Shown piece after piece: positions 54,471 to 64,000 of a stretch of DNA of 64,000 nucleotides (position 1 is the first letter of the stretch; each line of letters opens with the position of its first letter). Both the position numbers and the translations under genes were made by a program. The notes below the pieces were generated by a model. The model was not told where the DNA came from, did no database searches, and saw nothing but the letters and a program-made list of their open reading frames with translations. This stretch comes from the human T2T-CHM13v2.0 reference genome, Homo sapiens: NCBI RefSeq assembly GCF_009914755.1, contig NC_060933.1; one strand, written 5' to 3'.

Positions 54471-56474
54471 GGGCGCGGGGCTCCTCAGCCGCGGCTCCGG
54501 GGGCGGGAGGGCGGCGCCGAGGGGTATCCTCAGTCTCCGCCGCTCCCTGAGGCGGGGAGGCAGAGCGCGGGCCACCCGCCGGGAGAGCCCTGCTGCAGGG
54601 GCTGCCCCGCCCCAGGCCCGCCCCTGAGGCGCGGCCGCGGGCCTCTGGGGCCAGGCCTCGCGCGACCCAGGCTGGGGCTGCGCTTGGGCTCCGCTGCGCA
54701 GGGGTTCGCGCCCGCGAGGGGGCCGGAACTCGGCCCAGATAGCTACTGCTCGCAGCCCGCCTGCCAGACTCCCTCCTCCGCTTCCCCGCACTGGAGACGC
54801 AGCCTCCTCTCCCCTCCTCTGCCTCTCTTGGCTGTTTCCTCAAAGTTTTTCCCTTTCAGACACTTAGGAAAGAAACTCTCCCTTCTGTTCTTAGGCTGCG
54901 TTTCAGTGATAAATTAGTCCCCGCGGACCCAGAGAGAACAGCAGAGGCAGAAACGAAAGAGATGGAAACGAGCTGCAGTCCCTGAGTCCCCGAGACCATC
55001 TTGAATGCTGAGCAGGAACCAGCCAGGCTCAGCCCTGGCCCCTCGCCCCTTTCTCTGACTTTCTCACTTTACATGCCCTTGTTGTTAGAAGACTTAGATA
55101 GAAACATCCAGCCCAGCTGGGCCTAGTCTCAAAAGATGGGGAGGGTGTGAGGTAAGGAAAGGCTTTTGACCTGTCCCAACGGCTTTCCTGTGAGGGGAAG
55201 AATTCTGCGAGTTGGTGACCCCCTTTGGGCCCTCCTCCACTTGGATGTGATGTTGGTCACTGAAACCGTTTCCTCCTCATGTTTGTCTGGCTCTCATTTC
55301 AAAGCCGTAGAGGAGCAAAATAAACAACCATGTGTTAGGGGTACCTCTAAAGTGCAGGCACGTGGGTGGGCCAGGGTGCAGCTAAACTGCTGAGTGGATC
55401 ATTTCAATAAAACCTTATCCTCAGCCATTCTCCACTGAGCAGAGAGAGAAAGAGCTCTATTTGAATCTTTGACAACAGACATTTCAAATTCCATGCTGAC
55501 ACTTAATAGGTGCCTGATCTTTCATTCGTGCTGGTCTTTCTGTCATCAGCAATGCTAGACACTGGGAATACAAGAATAAAAAAGATACAGTCGAGGCCTT
55601 CAAAGAGTTTACAATCTCATTGGAGGACAGTGAGATATTTTTAGAAGTTAAAAACTTACGGATGAGCAGGAGTTCACCAAGGGGGGCAGGTTGGGGGAAA
55701 GTGGACTGGGAAAACATTAAGATTGTATTTGGCCAGGGGACGTAAGATTTTCTGAATCCCATCCTTGACTTTTTGGTCACAGAGGAAGCAGGTAGTATAT
55801 TACTTGCTGGAGCTTGGGTCCCAGTGCCCACTGTAGAACACCTGTCAACTACTGCACGGAGGCACCTTCTTTCCTCCGATAGGTCTCAGCAGCCTTGAGC
55901 AACATTGGATCTATTTCTGTGCCAAAGTCCAAACCCCAGTTTCAGCTCTTAAAACCCCAATTTGAGCAAATGCCTTGACCACCAGCCCTAGAAGAGAACG
56001 GACAGATGAGCAGTTTAATCCAGTAACCAAAGGAGCCCATCCAAGGATGCCTTGAGGCCAGGAAGAAACAGGAAGAAATAAAGGGAGAGGACCAGGCAAA
56101 GCCTTGGGCCACCTCACCTTGCCAGTTTAGGGAAACAAAATAAAGAATGGACCACATTCATGTTGGTTGCGATCTTTAGCTCTTAACTTTGCGTCCCCCA
56201 ATGATGATCAGGAAGAGAGATGAGCATTGGGGTTTAGGCAACGACAGGTTTAATAGGACTGGAGTACAGCCCGGGTGATGAGTGATAAGAAAAGAACAGA
56301 CTGGAATTTAGTTAAGACAAGACCAAATCATGAAGAGTCTTGAGTGCCACATTGAGGAATTTGAACTTAACCTGAATAACAAAAGTGAGCCATTGAGCAC
56401 ATAATGAGGAAATGATGTGATTAGATCGTATTTCGGAAAAACTCTGGCTGCTGTGTAGAAAATGGATTGGAGGG

Positions 56475-57221
<747 letters not shown>

Positions 57222-57648
57222 GAGGAGAACCAAAAGAGAAGAAAACTGGCTAAAAAGTTTTAGGCATGGGGTGAAAGTGACCTGAACTAAAGCAGAGATA
57301 GCAGGAATAGAGAGATTTTAAGGTGGTAGAATCAACAAGGCTTGAGGAAGATGAGATTGATTCAAGGATAACAAAGATTTTTCACTTGGACAACTGAGTG
57401 ACGGTGGTGCCATTCCTGAAAATATTAACAGATAATACAGAGAACTATGAAGAGCAGAGAACTATGACCCCGGTTAAATCAGATTATTTCTGTGACTCTC
57501 CACATAAAGCAGAAGGGCTGAAGCAATTGGACTAGAGTCACCACTATACAATTACTAATGTCCTCTGAGATGGGGATCCAAAGATATGCAAAGGAGAGGC
57601 ACAATAGAAGGATTGCCCATTCCTTTTTTTCCATTAAAAAAAATTGTG

Positions 57649-57987
<339 letters not shown>

Positions 57988-58054
57988 TTATTATTTTAAC
58001 CATTTTCAAGTGTATAATTGTAATTTCAAGTGGCATTAACTATATTCACAATGA

Positions 58055-58245
58055 ATTAGCTGGGCTTGGTGGTGGGCACCTGTAATCCCAGCTCCTCAGG
58101 AATCTGAGGCAGATAATTGAATTGCTTGAACCCAGAAGGTGGAGGTTGCAGTGAGCTGAGATCGCACCACTGCACTCCAGCCAGAGTCAGGCGACAGAGC
58201 GAGACTCTGTCTCAAAAAAAAAAAGAAAGAAAGAAAGAAAGAAAA
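58055..58245 (+). mobile_element. 5'-truncated Alu (right arm)
   Basis: TSD TATTCACAATG. Confidence 0.9.
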
Positions 58246-58523
58246 CTGTATTCACAATGTTGTAAAACCATCACCACTATCCGTTTCCAGAACATCTTCA
58301 TCACCATCCCAGACAGAAACCCATTAAATAACTTTCAGTTCCCTCCTCCCCTCAGCCCCTGGTATGTCTATTCTACTTTCTGTCTCTACAGATTTGATTA
58401 TTCTAGATACCTAATGCAAGTGGAACCATACAATATTTGTCTTTTTGTGTCTTTCTGGCTTATTTCACTCGCATAATGTTTACAAGGTTTATTCATGTGA
58501 CAGTATGTATTAGAATTTCCTTC

Positions 58524-58935
<412 letters not shown>

Positions 58936-59263
58936 TTAACTTTTTGAGCACCAGACTGTTTTCTATAGGGGCTGCACCATTTTTGCATTCCCACCAGCAA
59001 TGCATAAGGGTTCTAATTTATCCACAGTCTTGCCAACACTTGTTATTCCACCCCCACCCCTACCTTTTTCTTCATAATAGCCTTCCTAATGGATGTGAAG
59101 TGGTATCTCATTGTAGTTCTGATTCGCACTCCCTATTTCACTTTCAAGCTTAGCACAATGTCTGTTTACTTGTATTTGCCCCAGCCTGGCTTGTAAATCA
59201 TTATTTTATTTGGGGGTTAATGAGGGAGTGGAGGAGAGAAATTGTAAGAAAATACTGAAGGGG

Positions 59264-59589
<326 letters not shown>

Positions 59590-60254
59590 TCATGAAAAAC
59601 GATAAGACAATGATAGACCTAATAGCATATAAAACCAGAAGAGGAGCAAGATGGTATTTCAGAGTATTACAGAGTAATACTTTGCAGCCTTAGCAACTGA
59701 AGGAATCCAGATAAGGTAGACCCAATGGAATTTGTAACCATGCTCAGCAAAGGAAGTGAAAATAGCAATGCCAAGTGGAAGGGGCTGAGGCAGGAGATGA
59801 AATGAACCACCAATACCACATGACTACTTTCCTTCACAAACACATCACAAGCACATGTGAGACAACTATATGGTTTCCCTGAAATGCTTGGGGATGTAAA
59901 TTGCAGGGTGAGAGCCAGAGCGAAAGAAAACATGCTGAGCATTTTTCCTCACTATTATCACATTAATAAACATTAGTTTCTATTTCCTTAGGCCACATTC
60001 CTAAAGGTGGAATTGCTAATTCAATGTTTTGAAAAGTTCTAATTTCCAGAGAGATCATAGCAATTTATTTGTTTAATCATTTATTTTTATTTAAATATAA
60101 GGGATTGAATTGGTCATATTTCTCACTTGTAAGGCCACTCTCATTTGTTATATTTATTTATTCTCTTTTATTCACATTCACTAATCTCATTCCCCTTTCT
60201 CACCACAGGCAATTATTCCGATGTGTTTCATGTATATCCTTTTGTTTGTGTTTA

Positions 60255-60609
<355 letters not shown>

Positions 60610-60985
60610 TAGTAGTAGGATAAAATATGTACTATTTTCTTAGATGTGTGTATTTTTTTCTTTTGTAAATAACATTGTAAGACACATTTTTTTTTCTTAT
60701 TTTTCTTTTTTGCTGCAGCATGTTTTTAAGATCTGGCCCATTGCTTCTATCTACTGCATATTACTCCACCCATCACATTTTGCCTAAGGTCTTCTTCATT
60801 AGGGACACCCAAATTGCCTACAACCAAAAACATCACTGCCATAACTGTCTTTATACATACCCCTTATAGAACCTGTGTGAGAATTTTAGGAGGGTTGTAT
60901 ATATAGTATCAGAATTGGAATTTTATATTTTTTTCTCTGTTATATAGTTTTTGCTTTCATATTTTTATTATTGGTAAGGATAAAT

Positions 60986-60995
60986 GTGTGTGTGT

Positions 60996-61030
<35 letters not shown>
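60986..61030. repeat. (GT)n microsatellite
   Basis: Direct reading, one interruption. Confidence 0.95.
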
Positions 61031-61032
<2 letters not shown>

Positions 61033-61089
61033 CTTCAACCACAGTATTCTAGGAATTTTCTGATCACATCCTTAGCCCTATCCTCTATG

Positions 61090-61480
61090 GCTTCTTTAAA
61101 GACTAATTGAGTCTGTAATTGATTGTAATACATTGAATAAATGTAATGCATGAGTCCATAATGATGCTCAAAGAGCAAGAAAAGAGAAAGGAGGAAAAAA
61201 TTCATTTGCCACTATTGGAAATACTATGACACCAACTCCTTTGTCAGGAAATTGGTAATTAAAGAGAAAGAATGAAGCATTTAACCTGCCATTTTAGGAA
61301 GAAATGAGGTTCATCCCCAATTGATGAGAGGAAATTCTTCTTTACAGAAGAATGTCATCTAATAAATGTAGAAGGATTGATAGAATTAAAAACTTACCAT
61401 TTTGCAATCTCCAATGAGATAATTGATTCAAGCAAGGATCATCAGTGAATGTTAAACTATTTAAAAAGAAAGAAAAAAGA
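61090..61480 (+). mobile_element. L1MC/L1ME-type 3' remnant
   Basis: GAGTCCATAATGAT; TTCTTCTTTACAGAAGAATG; CAAGGATCATCAGTG. Confidence 0.55.
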
Positions 61481-61714
61481 CCAATCTACCATTGTATCTA
61501 TTTCCCACCATTCACTTGCTCTACAAACACTTCCAATTTGACTTCTGCTCCTACCATTCTATTAACTACATGCTTGAAAGACAATGCTGGCTTCTCAATT
61601 GCCAAATACAATGGTCTTTTCTCAGTTCTCATCCTCCATGATCTCTTCATGGTATTTGACAATAGCAGCCACCTCCTCTTTCTTGTAACTCTCTCCTTTC
61701 ATCTACAAAAGACT

Positions 61715-62900
61715 GGCTATCCATTGCTGTATAACAAACCACTCTAATATATTTAGAGGCTTTTAAAAATTTATTGTTATTTTTCATGGTTCTGTGGGTA
61801 GACTAGGCTCAGTTGGGTGGTTCTCACTTGGGATCTCTGATGTTTCAGTAAATGGTGTCTAGGGCTGGACTCATCTGAAAGCTTGACTGGGCTAGACATC
61901 CAGGAAGGCTTCTTCACTCACTTGTCTGGCATCTCGAAAGGATGGCTGGAACAGCTGGAGGTTAATAGGGCAACTCTCTGTCTCCATGTGACTGGCTTGG
62001 GCTCCCTAACAGCATGGTAGACTCAATATAGTGAAGATTAAACTCTGATTTTTTAGTTTGTCCAAATTCCTACCTAAGGGCCCTGGGGACTCATGCCCTA
62101 CAAACCATAAAGTCTCATCAGAGGGGTTTTCATTTTAACTCTATATAGTGTGGTCTGTTTTCTAACCTGACTCTGGCATAACATCACATAACAAATAAGG
62201 GAAGAAATCAAAATATTTTAACCCTAAATATAATTCCTTGCCATATCTTGACATTGCCCTGAAAAGTTGTCTCTTGTGGGAAAAATCCACATTCCATAGA
62301 GAAACCCCTTTCCCGTTTTTTTCCTTCCTTCATTTCCAGATCCAGGAGATAATCAACTAAGAGCCAGGCACCCTTTTACATCGGATAAGAAACATTTTAC
62401 AACCTGTTCTTTCTGAAGTCTGCTATCTGAGAGCTTCCTCTGCACAATAAAACTTGTCTCCACAATCCTAACCTAAACATTTCCTTTCTGTTGATCCCAG
62501 GTCTTCAGATAAACTCAACCAATTATCAACTGGAAAATATTTAAATCTACCTATAGCCTGGAAGGCCCCCCCTCCGCCAAAAACCAATGTACATCTTAAA
62601 TGTATTTCATTGATGTTTCCTGTCTCCCAAAAATGTATAAAACCAGGCTGTGCCCTAACCACCTCAGACTTTTATACATTTTTGGAAGACAGGAAACATC
62701 AGGTCTCAGGATCTCCTGAGGGCTGTGTCACAGGCCACGGTCACTCATATTTGGCCCAGAATAAATCTCAAAATATTTTACAGAGTTTGACTCTTTTCAT
62801 CGACAATAGATAAGACTTCTTACATAGTGCCTGGCTTTCCCCAGAGCAAGTGTTCCCAGGTGGAAACTGCAAGGCTTCTTAAGAGACAATTCATGCTCTT
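61715..62900 (-). mobile_element. MLT1-type MaLR LTR remnant split by the MER4 LTR
   Basis: ATTGCTGTATAACAAACCAC, GGGCTGGACTCATCTGAAAGCTTGACTGGG and GGAAACTGCAAGGC motifs on both sides of MER4. Confidence 0.6.
62032..62805 (+). mobile_element. MER4-family (ERV1) solo LTR
   Basis: TG...CA termini, 4-bp TSD ATAG, MER4-type 3' end CAGAATAAATCTC...GAGTTTGACTCTTTTCATCGACA. Confidence 0.85.
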
Positions 62901-62991
62901 TCTCACCCAATATGCATCATCTACTATTTTCAGCATTGGTTTCTTTAGAGGGGGAAAAAGAACTGAAAGACTTTTCCAAAGCTGAGTGTAA

Positions 62992-63618
<627 letters not shown>

Positions 63619-63679
63619 ATTATTTCATTTCTAATGATGTGTCTATCCATATCTAACCCCAAAGCAATTTTTAAAAGAA

Positions 63680-63805
63680 GTTTTTGTAGAGACGGGGTCT
63701 CACTGTGCTGCCCATGCTGGTCTCAAACTCCTGGCCTCGAGTGATTCTCCCCCGTCAGCCTCTCAAAGTGCTGGGATTACAGGCGTATACCACCACACCT
63801 GGCCC
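63680..63805 (-). mobile_element. Alu left monomer
   Basis: Single arm; flanking repeat CCCCAAAGCAATTTT. Confidence 0.85.
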
Positions 63806-63832
63806 CCAAAGCAATTTTGAAATACCTTTATC

Positions 63833-64000
63833 GGCCGGGTGCAGTGGCTCTCGCCTGTAATCCTAGCACCTTGGGAGGCAGAGGCGGGCAGATCACCTGA
63901 GGTCAGAAGTTTGAGAACAGCCTGACCGACATGAAGAAACCCCATCTCTACTAAAAATACAAAATTAGCCGGGCGTGGTGGCGCATGCCTGTAATCCCAG
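63833..64000 (+). mobile_element. AluSp-like (cut by window edge)
   Basis: Alu consensus. Confidence 0.9.

Larger units (their letters stand above)
53570..54930. promoter_or_regulatory. CpG island promoter
   Basis: Abrupt rise in GC and CpG density; many GGC/CCG runs and GC boxes; no Alu between ~51.9 and 56.5 kb. Confidence 0.95.

Noticed and set aside
53743-54917. Long overlapping ORFs in the CpG island (366, 260, 217, 173 aa)
   Set aside because: Stop codons are scarce in very GC-rich DNA and nearly all frames are open; only the ATG-54273-to-donor segment is kept as a hypothesis

Overview
Primate (very probably human) genomic DNA, not microbial. About 80 Alu elements or fragments (roughly a third of the window by my manual count) are layered over older L1M/L2/MIR/DNA-transposon relics and three solo LTRs with visible target-site duplications (TSDs): LTR12, MST and MER4. 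The only gene-like structure is a CpG island at ~53.6-54.9 kb. It looks like the promoter and first exon of a minus-strand gene: duplicated GC box plus CCAAT, a CAG|GTACGG donor at 54021/54020 followed by intronic G-runs, and a Kozak-context ATG at 54273 opening a poly-Ala/poly-Pro frame. Positions 1-54020 would then be one long first intron with no convincing second exon, and 54.9-64 kb is upstream sequence. I cannot name the gene from sequence alone. Most entries in the ORF track are Alu-, LTR- or GC-composition artefacts. I find no evidence of a new multi-gene system. The best leads are regulatory or RNA-level: the exon-1 ORF, a possible internal promoter/alternative first exon at ~37.4-37.9 kb, an antisense LTR12 with a degraded poly(A) signal, a CTCF site with upstream motif, very closely spaced inverted Alu pairs, and a polyadenylated retrocopy of an LTR R-region. 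Repeat boundaries are manual (about +/-10 bp, worse for old repeats) and subfamily calls come from remembered diagnostic motifs.
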